A DNA stretch of 64,000 nt from Eledone cirrhosa. Taxonomy: Eukaryota. The stretch is from NCBI GenBank assembly GCA_964016885.1, contig OZ024742.1:294872001-294936000 (forward strand), read 5' to 3'. Shown here one piece after another: positions 27,694 to 42,361 of the stretch; within the stretch, counting starts at the first letter, position 1; every line of letters begins with the position of its first letter. Made by a program: the position numbers and the translations under genes. Below the pieces are notes generated by a model that worked only from the letters and a program-made list of their open reading frames with translations, was not told the DNA's origin and did not search any database.

Positions 27694-28113
27694 CTAAATA
27701 AACAGTAAAAAGAAAAAAAAAGCAATTTGATTTTTATAAAGATTAATCCAGTGAGTCATGTGACAGGAGAGATGGCAAAGTGACAGAGTTATTACAGCAT
27801 CAGATAAAAAAATGCCTTGGTATTTTATCCAACTTATTGCACTCTGAATTCAAATTCAGCAAAGGTCAACTGTTTCCTTTCATCCTATTGAGGTCAATAA
27901 ATAAAGTATCAGTCCAATACTGAGGGCTGGTTCTCTCTTTCTCTCTCTCACATACACACACACTCTCCTCTACGGAAGAAATCAGCTGTGTTCCAGCTTG
28001 GAAAGGGATGGACTCTTCCAGAGTTTTACAAAATTTCCAAGACATGCTGTGTGGCAGCATGGTGCAGCTACTATTCCATCAGAAGATAGGGGCTCTTTAC
28101 CTTTTATTTTTCC

Positions 28114-28322
28114 TTACATGTGACTGGAAACAAAAGCCCTCCATGTTGAAACTATTAATCCTGAAATATTTAAAAAAGTTGATGTTTGAAGATATTCATA
28201 CCAAACTTCTTCCATATTTTTCTGTGAATGCCTATCTTCCAGATCCTTCTTAAACTTCACATAACCCAGTTCTTCATTTTCATTTTCCAGCTTCATTGAA
28301 GAATCAGTCAAGAAATTTTGGG
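28114..28322 (-). CDS. Host gene exon ending in a stop (alternative terminal or poison exon?)
   Basis: Acceptor tttttctctcttag; phase 1 matches the 33274 donor. Encodes AQNFLTDSSMKLENENEELG...VSSHM*. Candidate donors at 28201 (gtatga) and 28100 (gtaaag). Confidence 0.5.
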
Positions 28323-29035
28323 CTAAGAGAGAAAAATCAATTTCTTTCAGGCAACATTTATATAAAAATCTGTTTAATTGTAAACAGACCCATTGTATTT
28401 TAGACTACTTTATCTAACATATACTTTTTTTAAGATGATGCCATGTGATTAGAGGGAGGTTTGACTGCTATTTCTTGCAGGTCAAGCAACTGCATAGTAG
28501 CTCTCACATTTGCTTAACCCTTTTGATTGCAAACTTCCTGAAACCACTATAGGTTTTATGATACATAGCTATTTGTTTAAAAGTGTTTATATTTATAAAT
28601 ATTTCATCATAATTTTTGTAAGAACCTTTGTTAAGTTATGTTCTAAACACCAACTTGATAATGAGAAATTATTATTTTTTAAATTATTTGAAACACATAG
28701 GGACTGTCTTTATTTAGAAATATAGTAATGAAAGGGTCAAACATATTGATACCAAACTGCCTGAAAATTCCTCGGATTCTATAATACAAAACTGTTTGAT
28801 TTAAAATGTTTATATTTCTCTAAAAACCTTACATCATAATTTTTTGTATGAGCCTTTGTTACGCTATGTTCAAAACACCAATTTAAAAATGGTTTTTAAT
28901 TTAGGCCAACCATTTGGGAGGAAGGGTAGTCATTTATATCAACCCAGGAAAAAGGAAAGGCAAAGTCGACCTCAGCAGGATTTGAACTCAAAATTTAAAG
29001 AGTCATAATTAAATACCACAAAGCATTTTGTTTAA

Positions 29036-29267
29036 CCCTTTCATAACCACATTTCTAATGAAATACACTCTCTTTTAATTAATTAATGAAGAATTTTGAG
29101 GGATTTACTAAAATTATTAATCATTTCATTACTAAGATAGTAACTTAATGTAAGGTTCTTATATAACATTATGTTGGAAGAGTTTGATTTAAATTGGAAA
29201 CCTTTAAAATGGGTGGTTTTATTTCATAGAATCAGAGCCAGTTTTGGCTGGGCTGGTAACTAAAGGG
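29036..29267. mobile_element. piggyBac-like MITE
   Basis: TTAA-CCCTTT ... AAAGGG-TTAA termini. Related decayed copies at about 4060-4260, 18470-18950, 26750-27050, 28515-28900, 30050-30520 and 31670-32110. Confidence 0.6.
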
Positions 29268-32200
29268 TTAAAGCTCAAATGATTTTTTTTAAGTTAGTCA
29301 TATGACAAAATCCCTACAAATTTCTGATCATTTTCAAAATTATTTTAAAATCATCCACAATGTCTTTCATTAGAAATACGATAATAAAAGGTTCAAATTT
29401 AGTAAAGTGATTCAATTGTTAGTAGTTACAACCAGTAATATATTGTGAAACAACTGGTTTGAGCCTAGTATATTACTGGTAGATATTTTACTGAGCAACC
29501 ACACAGAAAAGATGGCAGTCAATATCAACTCTGGATATGTGAAAAATGAAAATTGATTCCAAGGATGCCACATATTGAATATTAGTTCACTGTGACTTTT
29601 GGAAACATTTTTTCACCCTCAGAGTTGCTGAAGCATGGAACAAACTACCTGCATCAGTTGTTAGATGTCGGGACACTGCATCCTTCAAAACTTCCATGCT
29701 TCCCGAAATTAATCAATACTACACCTGATAATCCCCCTCTATACACACGCATATATGTATCTGTGTGTATTTCATGACTCATACACTGTTCACTTTCCTG
29801 ACTTTTGTACATTATTCTATGTACTATACATGCACCTTTGCTGAGTTGTAGTGCACCTGAGCACTGTACACAATAATTTTCAATATTATTTTTTTTTTTA
29901 CCCAGCTGATTTTATCAGTTCTACAGCTATATTGTATGACTGACTTGAAATATGTGTTGTTGTGCTTTAGCTGCAAGTTAAACCTTCGTTATATATGGTC
30001 AAATGTGCTCCAGCTATGACCATCCAGTCAAATTTTTCACACATCCTTTTTTTAAAACCTTTTGTTACTGTATTTCTAATGAAATACAGAATTCTAATGA
30101 AATGGAGAATTTGGAGGGGTTTACAAAAACTATAAATTATTTCAGTGAATTGGCAGAATTGTTAGAGCAACAGACAACATGCTTTACAGCTTATATTTAT
30201 GGCCTTTTATGTTTTGAGTTCAAATCCCACTAAGGTTAGCTTTGCCTTTCATCCTAACAGAGTCAATAAAATAAAGCACCAGTAAGCACTGGGGTCAATT
30301 TAATCGAGTTTCCGCTCCTCAAAAAAATTGCTGCCCTTGTACCTAAAATATAAACAATTAATTATTTCATTGTTAAGATGGTATTTCTAACATAGCTTAA
30401 GGAAATGGTTTTATATATAATTGTCTTTGAAGATTTTAATTTAAATAAGAGCCTTTTAAAATGGGTGGTTTTGCTTCATATAACTAAAAGCCGTTTTTGA
30501 CAAGCTGATATCAAAAGGGTAAAGAAAGTAATATGTGATATGAAGGAGATTTGGCTGCTATTTCTAACGAACCCACTGAATATATCGAAGCTACCTCATG
30601 TTTTTTTGGGAGAGATGTTGAGGTAGTTGTTTGGGCCTGTGATGGCTTAAAGTGAGTAAAACCATGATCAAAGATGACGGTGGTGATGGTGGTAACAGTG
30701 GCAATGGCGATGATTGTGGTAATGGTAGTTATTATTGATTGTGGTGGTGGTGGAAGGTTTGATGATGAGGATGATGATGATGATGACAATTACAACAACA
30801 GTTAAACCCATGGATTGAACTCATGACTAGCAGATAGGCTAGTGCAATCAACGCTTTCCCAACAATTGTATATTTTTCATGTTTTATATCTTCATCATCA
30901 TCATTAACATCATCATCATTATCGTTTAACATCCATTTTCCATGCTAGCATGAGTTAAATCGACAGTTGATCGACTTTCATCAAAAGAGACCGAGGAAAC
31001 AATGTTTCCATTGGTCTTTCCAATTGCTATTACTCTCCATCGGTCACAACTCCAGGTAGAAGTAGCAACGTGAAACAAAGTGTCTTGCCCAAGGACATAA
31101 CATATCGCCTGGTCCTGGAATCGAACTCACAACGTCACAATTATGAATCCAATTCTCTAACCAGAGAAAGAAAAAAGGATTAAAATAATAAACAATCTAT
31201 TGACATCACAATAAACGGAGTAAATTAAACCTTATGAAAAACAATTTGATACTCAACAGCTCTGAGATTATAAAACATTGTGTTAATCCAGGCTATATTC
31301 TTTGTAGTATTTAAGTTGTAAATTATATATCTAAAGTATTACCGGGATTATAAGGAGAGATAGTAAGAATAGCTTTATATGAAATTAATCTTGGAACAAA
31401 GAAACAGCATTAAAATAAGTATATGAATAAATATAATAGATAAAATATATAAAAAATCTCTAGTTATATTTTTACTTCTGTGTTATAACCATCATCATCA
31501 TCACCATCATTTAATATCTATATTTCATGCTAGCAAGGACTGGACAGGTCATTAGAGAGAGACCAAGTTAGTACTTTAATTGGAGCTATTGACCCCTTAG
31601 ACAGGTCAGGGGCCTACATCTTGCTTACATATATCCCCACCATACTCTTTTGTCCCCTAAGTGACCTTTGACCCTTTTGATACCATATTTCTAATGAAAG
31701 TCACTGATTATGTGTTACAAATAATTTTGAAAGTAATAAAAATTTTGAGGGATTAAATAATATAAATTTTTCATTATTAAGTTGGTGTTTGGAACATAAC
31801 TTAACAAAGGTTTTTATGGAGATTTTTTTTAGATAGATATATACTCTTTAACCATTTCTTTACCATATTTCTAATGAAAAACACTGCCTATGTGTTTTAA
31901 ATAATTCTGAAAGTCATCAAAAATTTGGAGGGATTTAATTACAACTAACATTTTCATAATTAAGCTAGTAATTGGATCATGACATAACAAAGCTTCTTAC
32001 ATAAAATAATGATGGAAGGTTTTTAGATAAATATAAACACTTTAAAACAAACCGTTTTGTAACATAGAACCAAGGAGGGTTTCAGGTAGTTTGGTATCAA
32101 CAGGATTTAGCCTCCACTCCACTTTAGCAATGAGTCTACTTCTCCTGTTGCAGGCCTTTCCAAATTAAGTGTTCAGAAGAAGCCCAGGGTTCCATGAAAT

Positions 32201-32494
32201 GTTTCTGGAGTTCCATGAGATACAACATGTTTTCATAAAATCTAACAAAATTATATTAGGTTTTTTATTCTTATATGACTGAATTCTCTAAAACAATTTT
32301 TTATTTGTTTTATTTTATATTAAAATTATGTGTAGGCATGGCTTAGGGTCAACAATTTTGCCCCGCAACTACATGGTCTTGGGGTCTATCCCACTGCTTG
32401 ACACCATGAGTAAATGTATTTTACTATAGCCTCAGGATAACCAATGTTTTGTGAGTGAATTTGTTCAACAGAAACTGTAAGGAAGCCCATCTCA

Positions 32495-32545
<51 letters not shown>

Positions 32546-32547
<2 letters not shown>

Positions 32548-32891
32548 AGGCACATGGCTTAGTGGTTAGAGCATTGGCCTTGCAATCGAAAGGTTGTGAG
32601 TTCAATTCTCAGACCGGGTGGTGTGTTGTTTCCTTGAGCAAGACACTTTATTTCAAATTGCTCCAGTTTACTCAGCTGTAGAAATGAGATGATAGGGACT
32701 GAGGTCCCTATCATTCCACTGCAAAGTGGTCGTGTAGGTGCCACGGCAAAAAAGCACCCAGCACTCACTGTAAATGAGGTTGGTGTTAGGAAGGGCATCC
32801 AGCTGTAGAAATCAAGCCAGAATCAGTTCCCGTCCCACCCTTGCAAGCAGGGAAAAGCGGACGTAAAATGAAATGATGAAATGATGATGAT
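32546..32891 (+). mobile_element. Full-length SINE family A (tRNA head, RTE tail) in (TA)n
   Basis: Intact A and B boxes; 3' cccgtcccacccttgcaagcagggaaaagcggacgtaaaatg; (TA)n on both sides. Confidence 0.85.
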
Positions 32892-33273
32892 ATATATATA
32901 TATATATATATATATTCTCTATTTCAGATATGGAAATCCAACACCAATTTAGCTCCCCTCCTCAAGAACCCATCTCCCTCTTCCAGGAAACTCTGAAACT
33001 TAAGAGCTACCACCATAAAAGTAGGCTTGATGAGAGAAAAATCAGGTGAAATTGTAGAGTTGCTAGAATGAAAGGAAGTGAATGTGTGCTGCATACAAGT
33101 TACTAGGTGGAGAGGAGAATCAACTATACTCCTTGTGGGCAAAGAACAACACAATACATTTTTCTGGGTAGGTAACAACTATGAGTTGATTACAAGGCAA
33201 ACTTCAATAACCATACAGCCATGCCTGCACCTATAAGAAAAGTGATAGACAAAGAATTTATTGAAATACTTAC

Positions 33274-33444
33274 CAAATTCTTCATTCTTAACATCAACTT
33301 TATTGGTGACATTTCCTGTTGCCTTTGTGGAATCATAATCTTTCTCTTCTAAATTTGGAGAAACAAGCAACTCAAGGAACCGATTTTCAAAATCTTCTGT
33401 TCTTATAGATTCTGTGTCACTACATTCTTCAATTCTGCATATTT
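33274..33444 (-). CDS. Host gene internal exon
   Basis: Acceptor ttttatccaaag, consensus donor tg|gtaagt, phase 1/1. Encodes KICRIEECSDTESIRTEDFENRFLELLVSPNLEEKDYDS...KNEEF. Confidence 0.6.
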
Positions 33445-35167
33445 CTTTGGATAAAACAAAGAATATTTTCACTTCATTTCAAAATTTTAAACTCATGATC
33501 CTACAATCATGAGGCAAAAATCCTAACTACTAAGCCATGCTACATTTCACTGGTTAAGGAGCAGTGGAACATTTCTGAAGGGGAGGGGGGGGGACAATTT
33601 CGTCAATTTAGTTCTAGGGATTAGTTTAGTGGTTATTATCAAATATCAAGCATTATATTAAAAAAACTTTGATATTTGATAAACATAACATGTATATAAA
33701 TTGTAGCACATATACAAATAGATGTGTGTTTTGGTAGTTTGGGGAGAAAAATATAATTATTGGCGGGGCATGGCCTCCCTGGTCCCCCCCCCCCCCCCAG
33801 TTCCACTGCCCCTGAAAGCTTAAATAATTTACCATTTACTAATGTCAGATCATCTGGATGAAGCCTGTAGTGGTTGGCAGGATGGTATAGATTTCTCATT
33901 TTCTCATAGATTCTGCTGTCCAGACCATATAAAGGTGTCTTATTTAAGTGTTCAAGGTAATGAGCTGAAAGTAAGAAATCAGTGTAATCAGATACAATCA
34001 AATGCAACCCTATAGCTGTGCTTTTGTTGTTATTTGCACATGTCAGTTCAAATCCTACCAAGGCCAACTGAGTCTTTTAGCCTTTTGGGATCGATAAAAT
34101 AAAGTACCAGTTAAGAACTAGTCTAAAGTCTAAAGTCTGTTTTAAGCCAGACAACTCGTTAGGCCGGTGCTTATCCCAGTTTCATGGTGTGAAGCAACTG
34201 AGAGTACAAGACAGGATGCTAGTCCATCACAGCATTAAACCCTAACTATTGCTGGTACTCATTTTCAGCTGAGTATACTGTAGCAACATGAAATGAAGCC
34301 CAGGAATCAAACACACAACATTATGATTGTAAGTCCAACACCCTTACAATTTGGCTACGTGCCTCCACTAGTCAAGAACTAATTTGATTTAATTGACTTT
34401 CCGTCCCTTTAAAATTGCTGCCCTTATACCTAAATCATGAATCATTATTTCTTTATACATGGCATAATTAAGTTAAATGAGTCGTTCCTATCCTGAGGTT
34501 CACTTTTACATACCAGCATGGGCTGGATAAGACTTTATGGGGCAATAGTCTACACACAAATTCCCTTCTTCATGTCAGCCTTTAATTCCTTTTTAAGTGT
34601 GGTATATACTGCCAACTTCCAATGAGCTGTTAAGCTCTAGGACATATTATCTACATAAAAATTGTTTTGGGGGGCTCCTTCTTCTTCTTCTCCTCCTCCT
34701 CCTCCTCCTTCTCCTCCTCCTCCTCCTCCTCTTCATCACCATCATCATCATCATCATTTATGTCAATTTTCCATGCTGACATTTGTTGGATAGGTTATTA
34801 CAGTCCAAGTCAATTCCACTTCAGAGTAATTGCCCACATAGACTAGTTGCAGGACCTTGTCATGGTAGGAATAAAGGTGTATATGAAGGCATATACGATA
34901 GGTTTATGTATAATAAACATACAAGAGTCTCATTATGAATATTTTCAGCTGTGATCATGTCACAGCTATCTCAGAAATGATGTGAGAATGTCAGACACGT
35001 GTTATAGGATTTTTATCCATTATCACATCGTCTCAAGTATAAACATATATTCTTAGGTCTCAAATAATCACCCCCACCCCCACCCCCGCTTATTAGTTTT
35101 TCAGATTTTTTCCACACACCCACCTCCTTGCTTTTATTCAAACACATGCACTTATTATGTATGATGG

Positions 35168-35650
35168 CGACACAACAAAAAGCACCGAGTCCACACTGTA
35201 AAGGGGTCATGTAGGTGTCACAACAAAAAAGCACCCAGCCCACACTGTAAAGTGGTTGTTTAGGGGTCACGACAAAAAGCACCCAGTCCACACTGTAAAG
35301 TGGTTGTGGAGGTGTCACGACAAAAAGCACCCAGCCCACAATGTAAAGTGGATGTGTAGGTGTCATGACAAAAAGCACTCAGCCCACACTGTAAAGTGGT
35401 CATGACAAAAACACTCAGTCCACACTGTAAAGTGGTTGTGGAGGTGTCACAACAAAAAGCACCCAGCCCACAATGTAAAGTGGATGTGTAGGTGTCATGA
35501 CAAAAAGCACTCAGCCCACACTGTAAAGTGGTCATGACAAAAACACCCAGTCCACACTGTAAAGTGGTTGTGGAGGTGTCACAACAAAAAGCACCCAGTC
35601 CATACTGTAAAATGGTCATGTAGGTGTCACAATAAAAAGCACCCACCAGA
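35168..35650 (+). repeat. Minisatellite (~57/41-bp units) expanded from SINE/RTE 3'-UTR sequence
   Basis: Repeated gtgtcacaacaaaaagcacccagcccacactgtaaagtggttgtggag, homologous to the SINE A and RTE B tail. Continues into an RTE-like tail ending (GAT)n at about 35820. Confidence 0.8.
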
Positions 35651-36407
35651 CACTGTAAATGTGTTTGCCATTAGGAAAGGCATCGAGCTATAGAAACCAA
35701 GCTCAAATTAGTTCTGTATGAACAAGACATTGTCACCTGACCTGGCATTTCTCACAACAGGACAATTCATCTAACTCATGTTAGAGTGGAAAATGCATAC
35801 TAAACGGTGATGATGATGATATATGTATGTATATATAGTTTTACCTTTGTTATATATACATATATGTGTGTGTGTGAAAAGTAAATGGTAAAAAACACAA
35901 CAGCCGATGAAGTACAATGAAGATATATATTAATTTCACACTTAATATATATCTTTATTTCACGACCCTGAAAGTATGCAACATCGACCCCCACCAGGGA
36001 ACAAAATTAGTACATAGCATAGTACATATGCATCCTTCTGAAGTCCCCCTTCCCACCTCCAACACGCTAGTCTCAACACTGTGCAGACTGTAGGGTATGA
36101 CACATATATTTAGTGTATATAAAGCACAGATACTAGCTGAGAAACTAGTTCATTATCACTATCTTGCTGCTGACTGACAGCTACAGACCTATTAAATATG
36201 AAGTGTATTCTAAATATATTGAACCTGACAATGAGCCCCATTGTCAGTGAGCCTAAATTATTGTTTAACTTCACTGTCATATTATAATGTGTGTGTGTAT
36301 ATATGTATATAGGTGGAATGCTAATGCTATTTGACTAAGACGAATAAGACTATTATTCAACTTAGTACTCTATACTTACAAAAAGTAAAGTGTAAATATA
36401 TACATAC

Positions 36408-36499
<92 letters not shown>

Positions 36500-36599
36500 A
36501 TATATATGTATCATCATCATCATCATCATCATCATCACCGTCTATGTATATATATATATATATATAAATGAAAAGTATAGAAATTGTTGTAGCGAGAAG

Positions 36600-36649
<50 letters not shown>

Positions 36650-37135
36650 AAATGAATGAATATATATATTCATTCATTTCATTTTTCATTTCATTTTACG
36701 TCCGTTTTTTCCCTGCTTGCAAGGGTGGGACGGGAACTGATTCTGGCTTGATTTCTACAGCTGGATGCCTTTCCTAACACCAACCTCATTTACAGTGAGT
36801 GCTGGGTGCTTTTTTTTGCCGTGGCACCTCCACGACCACTTTACAGTGGAATGATAGGGACTGGGGTCCCCATCATCTCATTTCTACAGCTGAGTAAACT
36901 GGAGCAATGTGAAATAAAGTATCTTGCTCAAGGAAACAACACATCACCCGGTCTGAGAATTGAACATGGTTGCTATACACTACAGCTTAATACGGGATGT
37001 TTGTTTACAAACACACCGAGCATTATAATAAATGTTCGGTGAATCCATACGTACATATATATATGTGTGCATGTATGTATATATAAATACATACTACTGT
37101 ACGTCTGTATACATATATGTATGTATGTGTACATA

Positions 37136-37202
<67 letters not shown>

Positions 37203-37373
37203 TCATCATCATCATCATCATCAGGTTTAGCGTCCGTGTTCCACGCTTGCATCGGTTTGGACGGGGTTTTTCCCACTTGAGGCAAGAGTGGTTGTCTTGC
37301 TCGCATAGGACTGTCTGGCGGGTTTTCTACAGTTGGATGCCCTTCCTAACACCAACCACATTTACAGTGTGTA

Positions 37374-37470
<97 letters not shown>

Positions 37471-37809
37471 GCACATGGCTTAGTGGTTAGAGCATTGGCC
37501 TTGCAATCGAAAGGTTGTGAGTTCAATTCTCAGACCGGGTGATGTGTTGTTTCCTTGAGCAAGACACTTTATTTCACATTGTTCCAGTTTACTCAGCTGT
37601 AGAAATGAGATGATAGGGACTGGGGTCCATATCATTCCACTGCAAAGTGGCCGTGCAGGTGCCACGGCAAAAAAGCACCCAGCACTCACTGTAAATGAGG
37701 TTGGTGTTAGGAAGGGCATCCAGCTGTAGAAATCAAGCCAAAATCAGTTCCCGTCCCACCCTTGCAAGCAGGGAAAAAGCGGACGTAAAATGAAATGATG
37801 ATGATGATG

Positions 37810-37840
<31 letters not shown>

Positions 37841-38042
37841 AGTATGTACACATACATACATATATGTATAGAGACGTACAGTAGTATGTATATATATATA
37901 TACATACATGCACACATATATATATGTACGTATGGATTCACCGAACATTTATTATAATGCTCGGTGTGTTTGTAAACAAACATCCCGTATTAAGCTGTAG
38001 TGTATAGCAACCATCGTTGCTCATTTGTTCAACACTGACAAA

Positions 38043-38097
38043 GGAACGCTGTACTAGTTTCAAGCTTATTAGCTATCGTCAGCAACGTATACCTTCC
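38043..38097 (-). ncRNA. Type I hammerhead ribozyme (array, - strand); also at 40317-40371, 42562-42616 and 44853-44907
   Basis: Exact reverse complement of the + strand motif. The unit-4 copy has cagcg>cagtg, converting a G-C pair to G-U. Confidence 0.75.
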
Positions 38098-38405
38098 TGC
38101 CAGATTGTTGAACGTATATACTTACCTTATGCATATTAACGGCTGAGTAGCCAATTTGCATATCGAGTGGGTTAATCGGCCGGGTGCACCGAAAACGATA
38201 AACGGAAAAAATGAAACGAAGTTTCATTTCCCACTCTTAGTACGGCTGTTACTTAAATATAAGTATGTACACACACATACATATATGTATACAGACGTAC
38301 AGTAGTATGTATATATATATACATACATGCACACATATATATATGTACGTATGGACTCAGCCGTTAATATGCATAAGGTAAGTATATACGTTCAACAATC
38401 TGGCA

Positions 38406-38460
38406 GGAAGGTATACGTTGCTGACGATAGCTAATAAGCTTGAAACTAGTACAGCGTTCC
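38406..38460 (+). ncRNA. Type I hammerhead ribozyme (array, + strand); also at 40680-40734, 42925-42979 and 45216-45270
   Basis: ggaa-(ggtata bulge)-cgttg-CTGACGA-t-agct(aata)agct-t-GAAA-c(ta)g-TA-cagcg-ttcc. Palindromic stem III ACTAGT; predicted cut after 38451. Confidence 0.75.
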
Positions 38461-38723
38461 TTTGTCAGTGTTGAACAAATGAGCAGCGATGGTTGCTAGA
38501 CTCTACAGCTTAATACGAGATGTTTGTTTACAAACACACCGAGCATTATAATAAATGTTCGGTGAATCCATACGTACATATATATATGTGTGCATGTATG
38601 TATATAGATATACATACTACTGTACGTCTGTATACATATATGTATGTACGTGTATACATACTTATATTTAAGTAACAGCCGTACTAAGAGTGGGAAATGA
38701 AATTTTGTTTCATTTTTTCCGTT

Positions 38724-38804
<81 letters not shown>

Positions 38805-38847
38805 ATAGATATGTATCATCATCATCATCATCATCATCATCACCGTC

Positions 38848-38898
<51 letters not shown>

Positions 38899-38928
38899 GA
38901 AAAGTATAGAAATTGTTGTAGCGAGAAG

Positions 38929-38960
<32 letters not shown>

Positions 38961-39446
38961 AAATGAATGAATATATATATTCATTCATTTCATTTTTCAT
39001 TTCATTTTACGTCCGTTTTTTCCCTGCTTGCAAGGGTGGGACGGGAACTGATTCTGGCTTGATTTCTACAGCTGGATGCCTTTCCTAACACCAACCTCAT
39101 TTACAGTGAGTGCTGGGTGCTTTTTTTTGCCGTGGCACCTCCACGACCACTTTACAGTGGAATGATAGGGACTGGGGTCCCCATCATCTCATTTCTACAG
39201 CTGAGTAAACTGGAGCAATGTGAAATAAAGTATCTTGCTCAAGGAAACAACACATCACCCGGTCTGAGAATTGAACATGGTTGCTATACACTACAGCTTA
39301 ATACGGGATGTTTGTTTACAAACACACCGAGCATTATAATAAATGTTCGGTGAATCCATACGTACATATATATATGTGTGCATGTATGTATATATAAATA
39401 CATACTACTGTACGTCTGTATACATATATGTATGTATGTGTACATA

Positions 39447-39485
<39 letters not shown>

Positions 39486-39656
39486 TCAACATCATCATCA
39501 TCATCAGGTTTAGCGTCCGTGTTCCACGCTTGCATCGGTTTGGACGGGGTTTTTCCCACTTGAGGCAAGAGTGGTTGTCTTGCTCGCATAGGACTGTCTG
39601 GCGGGTTTTCTACAGTTGGATGCCCTTCCTAACACCAACCACATTTACAGTGTGTA

Positions 39657-39741
<85 letters not shown>

Positions 39742-40077
39742 GCACATGGCTTAGTGGTTAGAGCATTGGCCTTGCAATCGAAAGGTTGTGAGTTCAATTC
39801 TCAGACCGGGTGATGTGTTGTTTCCTTGAGCAAGACACTTTATTTCACATTGTTCCAGTTTACTCAGCTGTAGAAATGAGATGATAGGGACTGGGGTCCA
39901 TATCATTCCACTGCAAAGTGGCCGTGCAGGTGCCACGGCAAAAAAGCACCCAGCACTCACTGTAAATGAGGTTGGTGTTAAGAAGGGCATCCATCTGTAG
40001 AAATCAAGCCAAAATCAGTTCCCATCCCACCCTTGCAAGCAGGGAAAAAGCGGACGTAAAATGAAATGATGATGATG

Positions 40078-40116
<39 letters not shown>

Positions 40117-40994
40117 TATGTACACATACATACATATATGTATACAGACGTACAGTAGTATGTATATATATATATACATACATGCACACATATATATATG
40201 TACGTATGGATTCACCGAACATTTATTATAATGCTCGGTGTGTTTGTAAACAAACATCCCGTATTAAGCTGTAGTGTATAGCAACCATCGTTGCTCATTT
40301 GTTCAACACTGACAAAGGAACGCTGTACTAGTTTCAAGCTTATTAGCTATCGTCAGCAACGTATACCTTCCTGCCAGATTGTTGAACGTATATACTTACC
40401 TTATGCATATTAACGGCTGAGTAGCCAATTTGCATATCGAGTGGGTTAATCGGCCGGGTGCACCGAAAACGATAAACGGAAAAAATGAAACGAAATTTCA
40501 TTTCCCACTCTTAGTACGGCTGTTACTTAAATATAAGTATGTACACACACATACATATATGTATACAGACGTACAGTAGTATGTATATATATATACATAC
40601 ATGCACACATATATATATGTACGTATGGACTCAGCCGTTAATATGCATAAGGTAAGTATATACGTTCAACAATCTGGCAGGAAGGTATACGTTGCTGACG
40701 ATAGCTAATAAGCTTGAAACTAGTACAGCGTTCCTTTGTCAGTGTTGAACAAATGAGCAGCGATGGTTGCTAGACTCTACAGCTTAATACGAGATGTTTG
40801 TTTACAAACACACCGAGCATTATAATAAATGTTCGGTGAATCCATACGTACATATATATATGTGTGCATGTATGTATATAGATATACATACTACTGTACG
40901 TCTGTATACATATATGTATGTACGTGTATACATACTTATATTTAAGTAACAGCCGTACTAAGAGTGGGAAATGAAATTTTGTTTCATTTTTTCC

Positions 40995-41070
<76 letters not shown>

Positions 41071-41175
41071 ATATATATGTATCATCATCATCATCATCAT
41101 CATCATCACCGTCTATGTATATATATATATATATATATATAAATGAAAAGTATAGAAATTGTTGTAGCGAGAAGC

Positions 41176-41208
<33 letters not shown>

Positions 41209-41694
41209 AAATGAATGAATATATATATTCATTCATTTCATTTTTCATTTCATTTTACGTCCGTTTTTTCCCTGCTTGCAAGGGTGGGACGGGAACTGAT
41301 TCTGGCTTGATTTCTACAGCTGGATGCCTTTCCTAACACCAACCTCATTTACAGTGAGTGCTGGGTGCTTTTTTTTGCCGTGGCACCTCCACGACCACTT
41401 TACAGTGGAATGATAGGGACTGGGGTCCCCATCATCTCATTTCTACAGCTGAGTAAACTGGAGCAATGTGAAATAAAGTATCTTGCTCAAGGAAACAACA
41501 CATCACCCGGTCTGAGAATTGAACATGGTTGCTATACACTACAGCTTAATACGGGATGTTTGTTTACAAACACACCGAGCATTATAATAAATGTTCGGTG
41601 AATCCATACGTACATATATATATGTGTGCATGTATGTATATATAAATACATACTACTGTACGTCTGTATACATATATGTATGTATGTGTACATA

Positions 41695-41733
<39 letters not shown>

Positions 41734-41904
41734 TCATCATCATCATCATCATCAGGTTTAGCGTCCGTGTTCCACGCTTGCATCGGTTTGGACGGGGTTT
41801 TTCCCACTTGAGGCAAGAGTGGTTGTCTTGCTCGCATAGGACTGTCTGGCGGGTTTTCTACAGTTGGATGCCCTTCCTAACACCAACCACATTTACAGTG
41901 TGTA

Positions 41905-41983
<79 letters not shown>

Positions 41984-42322
41984 GCACATGGCTTAGTGGT
42001 TAGAGCATTGGCCTTGCAATCGAAAGGTTGTGAGTTCAATTCTCAGACCGGGTGATGTGTTGTTTCCTTGAGCAAGACACTTTATTTCACATTGTTCCAG
42101 TTTACTCAGCTGTAGAAATGAGATGATAGGGACTGGGGTCCATATCATTCCACTGCAAAGTGGCCGTGCAGGTGCCACGGCAAAAAAGCACCCAGCACTC
42201 ACTGTAAATGAGGTTGGTGTTAGGAAGGGCATCCAGCTGTAGAAATCAAGCCAAAATCAGTTCCCGTCCCACCCTTGCAAGCAGGGAAAAAGCGGACGTA
42301 AAATGAAATGATGATGATGATG

Positions 42323-42361
<39 letters not shown>

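Noticed and set aside
32546-32620. tRNA gene (also at 13853 and 37467)
   Set aside because: A and B boxes are present, but there is no complete acceptor stem and the sequence continues into a SINE body.
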